In this document: positions 12,878-26,053 of the stretch, in pieces
Layout: every line of letters begins with the position of its first letter
Numbering within the stretch: position 1 is the first letter of the stretch
Origin: Chiloscyllium plagiosum
Lineage: Eukaryota
Assembly: GCF_004010195.1 (NCBI RefSeq)
Contig: NC_057755.1
Coordinates: 1,787,306 to 1,851,305 of the forward strand
Direction of reading: 5' to 3'
Length of the DNA: 64,000 nt
The notes under the pieces: generated by a model
Told to the model about the DNA's origin: nothing
The model's database searches: none
The model's input: the letters and a program-made list of their open reading frames with translations, nothing else
Made by a program: the position numbers and the translations under genes

Positions 12878-14636
12878 TGAGAAAGGTTAGAGATTTGGAT
12901 TCAAGATTGAAAAGAAAGCTAACAGTAAGAATATCAAAGAGTAGTGGTTTACTCAGATGTGTGAAAAGGGTGATGATGAATTCTAGAGTGATGTGCAGTG
13001 GACAAATGGTAGCCAACAGTTCGAATAAAATAATAACCACTGGAGAAGCCTAAATCAACATTTACATGAATTAAAAAAAAAATATTTGCAGTTAATATGG
13101 CAGAAAGATTCAACAAACCACCAGAACGATAAATAAAAATGATTAATGGAGTTTAATAACTATCATAAATATAAAAAAAAATAATGCCAATGCAGTTAAT
13201 TATATAGCACTACATTCTTTTCAAAGTAAATGTTATCAATTATCTTTTAAGAATAAGAGTTTGACTGGGACAGAAAGGTGAAACGATTAATGGTGTACAA
13301 TTCAATTAGTATCGTTTAATATGGCAGCATGAGTCAACATAGTAATAAAAAATTTGAATATGTCTCGAGCACAGAAACTGAAATTGAAAATGCAGATTAC
13401 TTTGTACTAATATAGAAAATAAAAATCAGATGCAAAGTCACTCATAATATCAGTCCATCTATGGCCTGAAAATTTAAAAGTAAAATTGATTTCGTGGCAA
13501 AGGTACGAGTATTAAAAAAAACAAATGACAGTAATACTGTGAGGTGTGAAATATAAGTGATCATTATTATTAGTTCTGGTGTTATTATTAGTAATGACTT
13601 ACACTCCTGGTTCGAATCCCCGTTATGGAAACTCATTTATACTTGTCCTCAATGAGATGCTAACTTATATACACATACAGCTCGAAAGATCAAGGGCAGG
13701 CATGGAGCAAGCCAGATATATCAGCACACTGACTGATTATATGAAATGACCTGTCAGACTATAATCAGCCATGAAAAATTGTATGACCAATAATTACAGC
13801 CCTTGTTCAATTAGCCACTTGAACTCAGTAGTATATTAATGCAAGCGGATCAATCATTCAAATAATAAAATTGTTCCTGTAACGATACTCAAAAGAATAA
13901 AAACCATATTATCGAAGTTTTCAGGACAGTGATAGCACTACCCAAAAGATTAATGGCAAGAAAATAACAAGTACATATTTGTTTCCGAGCAGTACCTGTA
14001 AATCCCTTAACATATATATTACCAAACAGCAAAACTCTTCTCTTTGCAATGTATTAGTTCTGTGTAACACCCTGGTAGATAGATAGAGATGGTAGAATAA
14101 TTACTTGTAATGACTAGGTCACAGAGAATCATCCTGTTATATCAGAGTTCTCATTTGTACACTAGTGTTCCAAACTAATAGATACTAACACAACCACTTA
14201 AGCCAAGTGTGCACTCTGTACAGTAACCATCACTGGTACTGTGATAGTCTTAGTGACACTCTCATCATTCGATCGATATATTGTCACCACCACAATTTAA
14301 ATATACTTGGTAAATTGGGCGCGTTAAAGTTAAATAACTTGTTTATTCAACAAGCCAATCATTTACAAGGTAATGTTCATTAGTTGAGGCAACTGAATAT
14401 TTTGGTACATTTCAGGACCTACAGCCTTGCAAAATGATTTCAGTGATCGGGTGCTTACAGGTTTTTTTTTCTAGAGATCTTATTGCACACCTTGAGAACA
14501 GACATCGATTAAGTCAACTCCCCAGTCCTACAAGAAGGCACAGTATGGGTGATTACTTCTGTAGAAAACAGTATCAACAACATACTAGCAAATAAATAAG
14601 AACATTTACACAATTTTAATAACTGTAACTGTTTAC

Positions 14637-14703
14637 CAGAACTACCAATGGAATCAAGGACTCTGTAATATATTTTGCTGGTACTGAATAATGTCAGACA
14701 CAT
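14637..14703 (-). CDS. GPR139-like: GPR139/GPR142-like GPCR, coding exon 1 (partner exon 2 not found in window)
   Basis: 67-nt exon MCLTLFSTSKIYYRVLDSIGSS-G|gtaaac. Same length, phase-1 donor, caaaATG context and YY-x2-L spacing as the exon at 52737; fits the family exon-1 pattern KIYYP.L..IG.PG. Confidence 0.65.
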
Positions 14704-14788
14704 TTTGTATGTGAAGTGAATTATCCCTTTGTTCAGCAGGAGAACTCTCCGAACACAAGTCTAAGGTGGCAAATTCCCAGAGCCGATA

Positions 14789-14795
14789 TTTTATA
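14789..14795 (-). promoter_or_regulatory. Candidate TATA box (TATAAAA)
   Basis: About 85 nt upstream of the ATG at 14703, comparable to the TATAAAA upstream of the paralogous ATG at 52737. Confidence 0.45.
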
Positions 14796-16431
14796 CTGTG
14801 GGAATATGAACCTGACAGCTTCACCTGTTTTCTTTTTATCATACTTTGTATAAATAGATTATGATATTCAAGAAGTTCTTTTTGTGAGATCTTTTTTTTC
14901 CAGAGCTTCAATGCGATTACTCCAAACACATGGAATTTGAAAACTAATGAACTTTTAATCTTCCAACTGAATTCAGACTGCAACAGTTAATTTTTCAGTA
15001 ATGCCATTACCTTGAACTTGTCATTTCAGTGTTCTAGCAATACCCTGCATTACCTTGTAACCATTGAGTGGTGGGCATCTAAATGATGGAATGTCAGCTG
15101 AGGAGTTATGAAATATGATTCATCACTTTGGTGTTATTCAGTACTTAAATCTCAGAGATATAAGCATATCTTTGAAGACTGTTCTGTTCATTTTTTGGCA
15201 TGTAGTTGTCCTTTCTCACTATGGGTTCTAAATGTTTGCTTCTTCGGCCACTGTAAAGGCTGCTCTAAATACCGGGGATATAGGTGCGGTGGTTAGGTTA
15301 AACCATTAATTAATTAAGTATCGAATTCTGAGAGATGCATAGTTTCTGTCATAGTGTGTCACAAAACTAGTAGTTTTTTTTTGTTCTAAAAGCTGTTCCT
15401 TTTGTAACGGATACTGTGACTTAAAATTTGATGCGAATGATGTGGAATGTTTTTTTTCTTTTATTTGATTTGAAAATGTGACAAACAAACGCAGTGATCC
15501 GTGAACATGTGGGTTTTTTGATCCAAACAAAATTTGTAGTACTGTGAGTGAGGTCTTCCCATCAGTATCAGAAAAGGTAACTGGGGAGGACGGGGAGGTG
15601 AAAATAGCTATCTGAGCTTGTACCAGAAGCCTACATACATCGTTTCAGGAACTTAAGAAGGGAACATTGTCAAACCTATATTGAGTTTGACAGGACCAGA
15701 AAAAGTAATTTCGATAGGTGGATAAGAGCTTTAAAATTAGAGCAAACCTACAACGCCCTTAGAGAGATAAATATTTTGGAGTAATTCAAAAATTCATTGC
15801 CTGATGTAGTGTGAACTCATTTGGAAGAGCAGAGAGTTAAACCGGCCAGGTTTGTGGCTCAAGTGGCTGTTGATTATGTGCTGGTACATAAAACACGGTT
15901 TGTTTTCCAAAATCAATTTCAGTCCATAAGGGATAGAAATTTAGGCAAACAGAAACCCTGACGTGGAAAACGAAAGCAGATCTCAGTGAAGATCTTATGG
16001 ATAACTTACCACTGGAAAAAAATAGTCAAAGAGTCAAAGAAGGTAAAAAGTTCCAGTGTTTTCATTGTAATAAAGTGAGCCACATAAAATCACAGTGTTG
16101 GTGGGCTAACAGAAAGCCCGATTTAGGTAAACAGACAAGCCTGGAAATTCCGTTGCCATGGTAAACAGAAAGCAGAGTGGAAGATAAAAAGGTGCATCAG
16201 AGTTTGATTAATGAGAAAGTGCCAGATCAGCTTAAAACATATACCTGCAAATGTAATGATTATTCACATAGGCGAAACGTAGCAGGTAAAAGGTAACAAT
16301 ATTAATAGACCCAGGATCCTCTCAGTCTTTAATGCTCAAGAATGAGGAGATACGTTCTCCTGAAGGACGAGGAGATGTATACTTCTGAAAGACTAACGGT
16401 AATTGAGGGTGAAACAAAAAAAACGCTTATC

Positions 16432-16612
16432 CCACACTCCAAAAATGTGCAGGTTAGGTGAATTGGCCACGCTAAATTGCCTGTAGTGTTAGGTGCAGGG
16501 GTAAATATAGGGGAATGGGTCTGGGTGGGTGCGCTTCGGCGGGTCGGTGTGGACTTGTTGGGTCGAAGGGCCTGTTTCCACACTGTAAAATAATCTAATC
16601 TAATCTAATCTA
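16432..16612 (+). mobile_element. 5'-truncated HE1/V-SINE with (TAATC)n tail nested in the Gypsy element
   Basis: cccacactccaaaaatgtgcaggttaggtgaattggccacgctaaattgcc...gggcctgtttccacactgta matches the 3' half of the SINE at 22057. Confidence 0.85.
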
Positions 16613-18209
16613 AAAGCATGTAAAGTGAGGCTCGAGTGTCCAGAAAACAGTGGAGAATTTGTGATAGGATTGCGGGACAAACTGTCAGCTCCAGGAATAA
16701 AGTTCGTGTTTGCAAATGGTTAGCAGACTCACTGGTTGGCGTGCTGCCTACTCTGGATGAAAAGCCAGTGGAGGTACAAGCAATTGAAGAAATTCAGGAT
16801 GTTTAATCAAGAATCTTCGCTGATTGTGTAGGAACGAAATCGCAGAGTCAAAAACTGAGTCACAAATCGGAGAGACCAAAAGGCTCAGATTAGGAAGCTG
16901 AAGCAGCATAACAAAGACATATTTTCATCAGGTAAATGATACTGAACAGAAGCAAATTCGTAATCATGCAAGTATCTTTAGCTATGCTAACCTTATTGAG
17001 TTACAGCAGAAAAATGAGAACTTAAGGCAGTTGTATCAAAAGGCATATAAGAAAAGTAGTGTGAATGCATCTCTGTGTGTTATTACTTTACAAATGATGT
17101 CTTAATGAGAAAATGGAGACCATAACACATTCAAGCAGATGCGAAATGGGCAAAGGTTCATCAGATTGTTTTGCCATTACACCACAGCGAGGAGGTGCTG
17201 CGAGTAGCACATGAGCTACCTCTTGGAGGTCGTTTAGGAGTGCGGAAAACACAGGCTAAAAATATATATTTTGCTGGCCTGGACTACAGAAGGATGTAGT
17301 TGGATTTTGCCAGACGTGTCATAGATGTCAGCAATCAGAAATCCCCAAACAGTCATAAAATCTGCACCTTTACTACCGAATCTAACATTAGACGAACCTT
17401 TCCCAAGAGTCTTGCTTGATTTCGTTGGTCCCTTACCTCAAAAAAAGGGGGAATAGCTATTTATTAACAATAATGGATGTATCGACCAGATAACCCAAGG
17501 CAGCCACATTATGCAGTATTACATCTGAACTGTTTGTAGAAGACTTACTCAAACTTTTTTTTTAAATTAGGTACGAGATATCAATTGAGATACAGTTAGA
17601 TCAAGGATCAAACATCACATCCAAACTATTCAAGAGGTTATGGATAGTTTGGGAATAAAACAATTCAAATCTACTGTGTGCCAACCAGAATCGCAGGGAC
17701 TGTTGCAAAACAGCATCAAACATTAAAGACCATGTTGAGGGCATATGGTCAGGACTATCGAGATGTTTTGGATAAGGGAGTTTCAGCGATGCACCAAATG
17801 AATCGACCAGAGTCAGGACATTTTAATTATTTTTTATGCATGAAATAAGAGGACCACCGAAATTGATTATAGGGATTTAATTAAGTCAGAATTCAGAGAA
17901 CACATGTTTGGACGATGTGTCAATTTTTAGGAAAAATGAAATAGAGTTGGGGAATTGGTAAGACAGTATTTGAAAGTATGGCAGCAGTATGAAAAAGGAA
18001 GCAGACCAGAAATCAAAAAAGTACAATTTTGCCATTGGGGATAAGATACTGGTGTTACTTCCAGTAACCGGTGAACCTTGAAACTCAAGGTTTAGTGTAC
18101 CTTATCAAAGAGAGAAGAAAATTGAGCGAGGGTAACTTCTTGATGAGGACGCCAGACGGGAAAAAAATCTCACAGGGTGTGTCATGTGTATATTCTCAAA
18201 AGGTATTTT

Positions 18210-18380
18210 AGAACATAGAACATAGAATATTACAGTGTAGTACAAACCCTGACGCCCTCGATTTTGCATCGAACTGTGAAATCAATGTGAAGCCTATCTA
18301 ATTTACGCTATTCCATTCTCGTCCATATGCCTATGCAATGACCATTTAAATGCGCTTAAAGTTAGCGAGGCTACTACTGT
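18210..18380 (-). mobile_element. CR1 3' tail fragment nested in the Gypsy element
   Basis: (agaacat)n tail followed by reverse-complemented CR1 3' UTR. Confidence 0.7.
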
Positions 18381-19974
18381 TTTGGTAGGGAAGGTAAGTA
18401 AGAGGAGAAGGTGTTAATGATGACAGCCCGGAAAGAAGGATAAAGTGTAAAGGATTCCAACTTGGACATTCCTCAAATCAAATTGGTCAATGAGGATGTT
18501 GTCAAAAGTTCGGATAAATAATTGAGTTACCTTGCAAAAAAAACTCGCAATGACCTGAAAGAGTTATTATTATCACATGGGAAGATATGCGGAAATAAAC
18601 TGGTGAGTACAAACTTAATTGTGCATGATGTAGGTATAGGAGATGTCGTTCTGATTAATCAACATCCTTATAGACATAACCGTCGAAAGTCGGCACAGGT
18701 TCAGAAGGATATATGACGTATGCTCCAAAATTGCACAACTGAAATGAGTTATACTGACCGGAGCTCACCCATAGGCATGGTGATAAAGCCAGACGTTACC
18801 CAATGGTTATGTGTGGACTCTCGAAACGCCAGTGTCGTTACAAAGTCTGATGCATATCCAATTTCGCGGTTGGAGGACTGTGTCGAAAAGGTGGGTCAAG
18901 CAACTTGCATTTCCAGGTTGAAATTGCTCAAAGACTACTGGAAGGTAACTTGATCAGAAAGAGCAAAGGCGGTTTCGGCTTTCGTAACGCCAAATGTACT
19001 ATATCAGTTTAAAGTGATGTTGTTTGCTGTGAAAAGCCCATCAGCCGCATTTCAGAGAATAATCAATAAGGAGCAGACATCAAAACTGTATTGGACGGTC
19101 TTATTATTTATTTGTAAACAGATGAGACTTTAGGCCGAATCTTCTATGTTTTAGAATTGACCTGCACAATGAAAGGAGAGTGGTCAGTCATAAAAGCTGA
19201 AGTCTTGTTTGAGTTAGTCAGTTCAGCAGTGGGTTGTGTGAAAACAGGCTGGAAGACTCTGTCCTTCTGCCCTGCTAACATTGACCTGTAAGTGTCTGTG
19301 TACAATGGGTTTGTGTATTTTTGGAACAGCATAATTGCATCTAGTGTGGGTAGACAGAGTTCTGTGGGTATTCTGTACTCTGTACTTTGAATTTCATTCC
19401 ATAATTTTGTGAATAAATGTTTCTCTATTTAAAAACCTGGTAGTCAACCTCGCTAACTTACTCTGGGTAAATCTCACAGAACACGTACCAAACTAAATAG
19501 CAAAGTTACAGTCTGGGCTTCTTGCCTAAAAATGTTTTGAGTGGTTTGGCCTAGTCCATAAAAACTGGTCCTTCTCCTATCCATAAGTCCATAAGATATT
19601 GCAGCAGAAGCGGGTAATTTATCTCAAAGGGTTGGACCTTGCAAAGGTAAAATGACAAGGGAGTACCTGAAGGGTTAATGGTGCCTGTTACGTGAAAAAC
19701 GAAGGTAGATTGTTTTCTTGCTTAAGAGATTGCAAAGTTAAAATTATAGACTGCCGTCACTCAGTGCATCACGAGAAATTAATATTCTGACCTGGCAGCG
19801 AGCTGCCTTCAGGAATGAACACTGTGGTTAACATCTTTATATCCTCATCTCTGGCTTCACCTTGTTTTATCGGTTGTTTGTTGTTTTATTCGTTGAGTAT
19901 GCCAGTATGTATCCTTTCTCAGTCTGACAAAGTGACTGCAGTGAACATCCTTGAACAACAATGATTAAATCAGC

Positions 19975-20295
19975 AAGGTAGGCGATGGTCCAGTTGAATT
20001 GAATTGTTTATTAGAGTCGAATGATGATCACAAGTACACTGTCGGTTGTTGGAAAATTCCATCTGTTTCACCTCTGTCCTTTGACAAGGAAACTTACACC
20101 CTTTCCTGGTTTGACTGATGTCGAACTTCTCTCGCACTGGCCCTTCTACAATTCATCAGATCAGGGAGGACTGCTCTGGCCAGCATAGGACTCCAGGCCC
20201 ACAGCAATGTGGTTGACACTGAACTGCTCTCTGAGCAAATTAGGGATAGCAATAAATGCTACTCTACCCAGTGATGGTCTCCTCACGTGAATACT
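19975..20295 (+). mobile_element. Decayed tRNA-derived SINE with L2-like tail (family not assigned)
   Basis: gactccaggcccacagcaatgtggttgacactgaactgc...ttagggatagcaataaatgct, homologous to 30690-31045 and 62370-62510. Confidence 0.6.
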
Positions 20296-20455
20296 CCTTG
20301 AGTTGTGTTGTAAAGTTCCTTTAGCAATTCTATTTTGATCAAGCACTGTAATACAGAAGCTGAAGCTGATACTGACCATAAAAGTAATTGGATCTGACAC
20401 TGGATTACATTTTCTCCAAACCAATACAAAAATAAACGTATTCAAAGTCTGCATT

Positions 20456-21110
20456 TAGGAATTCTAGAATGACAGTCATTCAGAATACAAGCCACCATTC
20501 GGCCCATCGTGTTTTCCCCGGGAAAATTAACTAAATCTACATCAGTCTCAATATCCTGCATGTGCTTGAATGTTGTGACATTTTAAATGCTCATTCAAGT
20601 AGTTTTTAAAGGTTGTGCTGTTTCTCAGCTCAACTATGCTCCCACGCACTTCAGTGCAGACTACCATCATCCTCCAGGTGATTTTTCCTCATGTCTCCTC
20701 TGAACCTCCTTCCTTTCAGCTGAAACTTATGCCCCTTGACATTGGTGCTTCGACTCAGGGGAACAGCTGCTTTCTGTTCACCCTATCCATGTAACTCAGA
20801 CCATTATATATCCTGATCTCTGCTCTAACGAGAGCAACCTGAGATTGTGAAGTCATTCTCTTCATAGATAAATTGCTGCACGCCAAGTAGCGTTCTGGTG
20901 AATCTGAAATGCTCTCCCTCCAGTGCAGTTACACCCTTCCTCTGGTGAAGTGACCAGAACGGCACACAATATTGCTGCCTGGCCTGCCGTGCTTTCCAGC
21001 ATCACACTCTCACACCTGATCATTCTGCCTATGTATGCATTTAAGCTAAGGGTGGTTTCCTCATTGTTTACCATCTTGTGAATATTTGTGTTATCTGGGT
21101 TCCGAATCAA
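20456..21110 (-). mobile_element. Old CR1 3' portion abutting a copy of the GPCR upstream module
   Basis: Tail gtcattctagaat is shared with the CR1s ending at about 34640 (-) and 52112 (+); decayed coding remnant AVLVTSPEEGCNCT is the shifted frame of QFWSP..RKDV.AL. Confidence 0.75.
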
Positions 21111-21379
21111 TCATAAAACCAGCTATCCACTCATATTAAGGTACCTCAGATGTATTATCACAGACCCGGAGAAATCCTATCATGACAGACAATAACACAC
21201 CAATTCATAAATATATAGAATTATAACTCTCATGCTGACGTCGAAACCACTGTCAATGGTAACAAAAGCCCATTTCGTTCACTAATGCCCTTTAGAGAAT
21301 GAAAACTGCTTTCCTTCCATGGAAAAGGCTACACGTGACTCCAATACCACAGAAGCCTTTCTGGTCACTGGCGGTCAGC

Positions 21380-22460
21380 TATGTCAGCTCCAGGACTTCA
21401 TTACAGAAATTCCTCAAGATTATGCCCTTGGCCTAACTATCTTTCATAACCATGCAATATGCCCTCCCTCATTTATGATGTCATAAATCAGAGCACAATG
21501 TCATTGCACTATGTTCAATCCTTTATTTTAAAGTCTGAGATACTGAAGCACTCCAGGTCACAGTGCAGCAAGATCCCGGTGTCTTCCAGGCCTGAGCTGC
21601 AAAGTGACTAGTAACACGCGCACAAAACAATGGCTAAGCAATCACCAGATCCAATAATAGTTTTAGATCACTTAAACTACGCCTCTTCATATTCAATGGT
21701 TTTGGTGATGCTTAATCTCCCATGATTAAAAACTATTGAGGGGGGTAACTAGGTGTTACCATTGAGCTGAAAATGAATTGGATTCATGCTATAAGAACTG
21801 TATGTACAAGGGCAGGTCAGAGGGCAAGAATATTGCAGTGGTTGATACACCTCATGACTCTAAAATCCTCTCCACCATCTACAAGGCAAGTTTCAGGACT
21901 ATGATAGAATACTCCCCACATCCTGTAAGAATGTATCTCCGACAACCCTCAAAAAATGGAACACCAGCATAACCCATATAAAAGGCGATGTGCTCCAGAA
22001 AATCACCAATGCTGCATGGACAGCATTTCACAATTCTAAGATCACTACCATCGCAAAGGGCAGCACGGTGGCTCAGTAGTTAGCACTACTGCCTCACAGC
22101 GCCAAGGTCTCAGGTTGGACTCCAGTCTTGGGCGACTGTCTGTGTGGTGTCTGCATAATCTCCCCGTGTCTGCGTGGGTTTTCTCCGGGTGCTCCGGTTT
22201 CCTGCCACAGTCCAAAGGTGTGTGGGTCAGGTGAATTGGCCATTGTTTTAGGTGCATTAGTCAGAGGGAAATGGGACTGGGTGGGTGACTGTTCGGAGGG
22301 TCGGTGTGGACTGGTTGGGCTTAAGGGCCCACACTGTAGGGAATCATCAAAAGAAGTCTAAAGACAAAGGCAGTAGGTGAAAGATAAAATCGCATCATAG
22401 TATTTTCCAAGCCACGCACAATGTTGACTTGGATATATATTTTTCGAGTAAATTGGCAAT
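21380..22460 (+). mobile_element. Decayed L2/CR1-clade LINE 3' fragment, split by an HE1 SINE
   Basis: ttcctcaagattatgcccttggcc (VPQGSVLGP-like), LSTIYKASFRTMIEYSP; homologous to 31470-32560, 55190-55737 and 59110-61900. Confidence 0.65.
22057..22345 (+). mobile_element. Full-length HE1/V-SINE
   Basis: tRNA-like head with A box (tggctcagtag) and degenerate B box (ggttggactcc); V-domain tctccccgtgtctgcgtgggttttctccgggtgctccggtttcc; CR1-like tail. Confidence 0.9.
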
Positions 22461-24529
22461 TGTCCCAGTGGGGTAAAAGGCTGTGAGCTCAGTATGAAGA
22501 TACAACTGGTCGTGATTTCAACCTGAAGTTCATCAAACCTCAGTGGAGGGTCGTGGTTGACAAGATAGAGTCTTCACAGTGATCTCAGCCAGTGTTGGAA
22601 TTGAACCATTGTTTTTCGTGTCATTCTACATCAAAAACCAACCATCTAGCAGGGGATCAGTTAACACAGCTGACAGGACGGTTGGTGTGAGATGTAGACA
22701 GGTGAGATGATCTTTGAGTTCAACACACCAATCTCTCTCGCTCTCTGTCCCTCCCTCTCTATGAGAGAACGGCTCTCTGGAAATAGGGCGATTCCTTTGG
22801 TGTCCTTCTGTCAAAATCTGGAAAAATCCCTGCACACAAACATACCACCGACCAATTGTTCCTACACTGTCCGGACTGCAGTGCACAAGAATGCAGTTAC
22901 TGCCATACACGTCTGAACAATACGTTTTCCCAGACAGCATTATGACTGCCAGAATATTCCGAAAACTGTGAAATAATATTGTTTAAGGTGTAAACATTTG
23001 GCAGACATTCCCATTCTTGGATGTGAAGGGGCTTGACCATTGATACAAAGAAATTTTGAAATTGGTGAAGGACGTTTAAATCATTGAGCAGTCAGAAGCA
23101 CTAGCTAAATATTATTTACAAGTTTCTGAACTATGAAGCATTTTCAGACAGAACTATCAGGAAGCGGTTAATCCATGTAGCAGTTTATGAAATCCCTGCT
23201 GTGAAAAGCAGGCATATCTTCATTAAAGCCTGAATGATCGTGTGATATTTGGTCATTCCTTGCGTTTCATGTACGCCTCATGATCCAAAATTGGTCAGTG
23301 TTTGCGTTGACAGGATTAATTCATAATGATTGTGTCGAAAGTGCAGCAAATCTGTTATCATCATTTCAGCGAGATTGTGTTCTGCAACTACCACTGAAGC
23401 TGTTATTGTGTCAGAAGAGCATTGTTGTCTCTGGTGTAACTGCTGGGTAACGCAAGTGTCAGGAGAGCACAGTAACTTCGAGAATGAGCAGATTCACATT
23501 CAAACCGACAATACTTGATTGCTGTTAGTGTAAGGTTATGATATCAAGAATAATGATCTGAAGGGGATGGGTAATGAGGTCTGAGTCAAAGAACAGGCTC
23601 AGGACAATCTTCCTGAGAAGAGTACCCACCATCTGTCCTGTGAAGATAAGTTCGCTGCGTGCACTTCAAAAGCTGAGTTCCAGTTGTAAATATTGTCTCA
23701 ACTAATTACCTACTTTCATGGTCAACTAGTGCTTTCAATCCGATGAAACTAAAAAATACCTGAGTGGTTTTTGTTAAATTACTGTAATTAATGTGACTGT
23801 TCAGTAAATCAAAATGACGCCCTAGATGTTTGATGTTAAAATTAGATATGCATTATATTTTATTGTCATATGCACTGAAGTATCGGAATACATGAGGACA
23901 GTGAAAAGTGCACAAAGTTGCCATTGTCCATCACCATCTTGGCTGTCTTACAAACATAGATCCATTTCCATTGCCGTGTCCATAGAATTTTGTTTAGCTT
24001 TCAAATAAGTCATCCACCCTGATGGAGAATGGGAATACCGACAACCCGCCAGTAAAAAAGCTTCACTACCCGATTTTTGTAACTGTTGTTCTTCCCAGTG
24101 ATTCATTGATCAGCCGTCGTGTATTGGAAGATAGCGGGAGGAAGCCCTATATTACAAAATGGAGAGAGTAGACATGATGCATCGGCCAGATAGGTCTATA
24201 GTTTGCAGGGAAATTGTTGGAAGGATTTATTTAACCAGATATAGGAGGACACATGGATCAGTTTAAGTTAACCTGGTAGAGTCAATCATGTTTATTGATT
24301 CTACTAAACTTCTTTAAGATTGTAATATTATGTTATTGATAAAGGGAAATGTCCTGAGCTTTGCTTTTTTTAAACTAGTGATACAGCAAATGTCATTGCA
24401 GGAGGTGAAAGGTCGAGATGTCAGGGCAAATTATGCATGCCAGGAGTGTGGTTTATTGAATTAGAAAAGAGTTGGATAGAAAACTCCCATGCACGATTCA
24501 TCTGAGGCTTAGTTTGTTGCGCAGTTTCT

Positions 24530-25135
24530 AGCTTTTTACTTCGTCCCTTACTGTCTCCTCTTCACCGTGGATGTGCAATACCTCTGCAGATCGATCTCCC
24601 ATCAGAATGGTCTGAAGGTTCTGTTTTTCTTCCTGAAATAGAGGTCAAACAGTCCCCATCCACCGCAATCTACTGTCGCCTGGCTGTGCTCATCCACAAT
24701 TTTTTCATTAAGTTAATCTCACATTCTCTGACCGGTGCAAAGGTGAGATGGGGTGCGCCAGTTGTCATATGTCTCCTTTTGGGGAATATGGGATACTCCT
24801 TAGTCCAGCATTCTTTAGGGCTTCACCACAAAACGTTCTCGAATGCAACGGTGAAGTGATTGTTGTTATTCCTGCTTTTGCCAGAAATAGAAAGGAATCT
24901 ATTAATTTGCTTCAAATTTCTATCGCTCCCACGTGGCTTCCTCATCTATTTCTGACTTTCCCTACCTTGACCGCGATGTCGTCTTTCTTGGGCAAAAGTT
25001 GTACACCAATATCGATTACAAACCCCCCGTCTTCCACAGTTACCTCAAATACACTTCATCAGATCAAGCTTTCTGCTAGGATTCCACTCCATTTTCTCTT
25101 TTAATCCATCTCCATCTGTTCTGATAGTGTGAACG
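24530..25135 (+). mobile_element. Decayed Penelope RT fragment
   Basis: FTVDVQYL...ISHQNGLKV resembles the PLE RT motif FTMDVQSLYTSIPHQDGLKA; decayed MG.. motif downstream. Confidence 0.6.
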
Positions 25136-25229
25136 GCCATCCCTGTCTATCCAAAATAAGCTCCTTTATCCTTAGCTCTCGGATTTCCTCGTTCACTCTG
25201 GTTAACAGGCAACTCACTGATGGACTAAA

Positions 25230-26040
25230 TGAACGGAGAAAAAAAAGGAGATAAGGGTTCAGCTGGGACCTTTAGCAAGGTTAGCAGTGATATTGCTGGT
25301 AGTTTAATGTAGACTACCAAACCATCTGAGGAAAGCAGAACACCAGTATGCAGTACATTTCTGAATGCTAAAACAATAGAGTAGCAGTCATTGGGACTTC
25401 ATCTCTCAAACATCAATAGGGATGTGACAGAATGAAAGTTACTGACAGCGCAAGATTCTTGAAGTATATTTCACCGAACCCTCTAGTGCACAAGAGTCTA
25501 GTGAGTGGGAGAGCAATTCTAGATTTCATTTTCGAAAAATAAAACTGTTTTTCTTTTAAGAATTGCCAGAGAGACTCTATTTTGGATCTCGTGGCACTTT
25601 AATATATTTACCTTGAGCGCAAATATCGAACAAGACAAAGACAAAGAAGGTAAAGTTTTCATGTTGGAGAAAGACAAATCTTATGAATCTGAGAGATAAT
25701 CTGTTGAAGTAGGCCTGGATACGTATATTTGAAGGAAGTGGAATGATAAATCATTGTGAGAAATTCAAAAGTGAGATTATAGGGAAACATTGTAGACAGA
25801 TCCAAAAACAGAAGTAGTAACATTTGCAGATCGAGTATCCTCAAGCATACATTATGAGGTGAAACAAGTAAATTTAATTTCTGATCATAACAAAAAAATC
25901 ATAAAACAAAAAAAAGCCTCTTAGAGAATCTTTACAGATGCAGTATAAACGAAAAGGCCAAGAGAGCATAGGGAAATAATATAGTGGGTAAGACACACAA
26001 AAAGGATTTTTTATGAGCAGAATTAGAGCTAAAATCTGAC
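25230..26040 (+). mobile_element. Strongly decayed CR1 endonuclease region
   Basis: Remnants V*CRLP (YRPP), VVIGDF, RAILDFIF, in CR1 order. Confidence 0.45.
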
Positions 26041-26053
26041 TATGAAGATTAAA

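Larger units (their letters stand above)
15355..19563 (+). mobile_element. Decayed Gmr1-type Gypsy element (gag, knuckle, PR, IN, RT, then 3' LTR at about 19110-19563)
   Basis: Gag YELVPEAY, knuckle CFHCNKVSHIKSQC (about 16057-16100); integrase AHELPLGGRLGVRKT (about 17210), LTIMDVSTR, DQGSN; RT downstream (INQHPYR, LCVDSR, KSDAYPISRLEDCVEKVG, KDYWKV at 18522-18953). Integrase precedes RT. Confidence 0.88.

Noticed and set aside
16591..16612. Telomere-like (TTAGA)n repeat
   Set aside because: It is the SINE 3' tail repeat, not TTAGGG.
22057..22130. tRNA gene
   Set aside because: tRNA-derived SINE head that continues into the V-domain and CR1-like tail.
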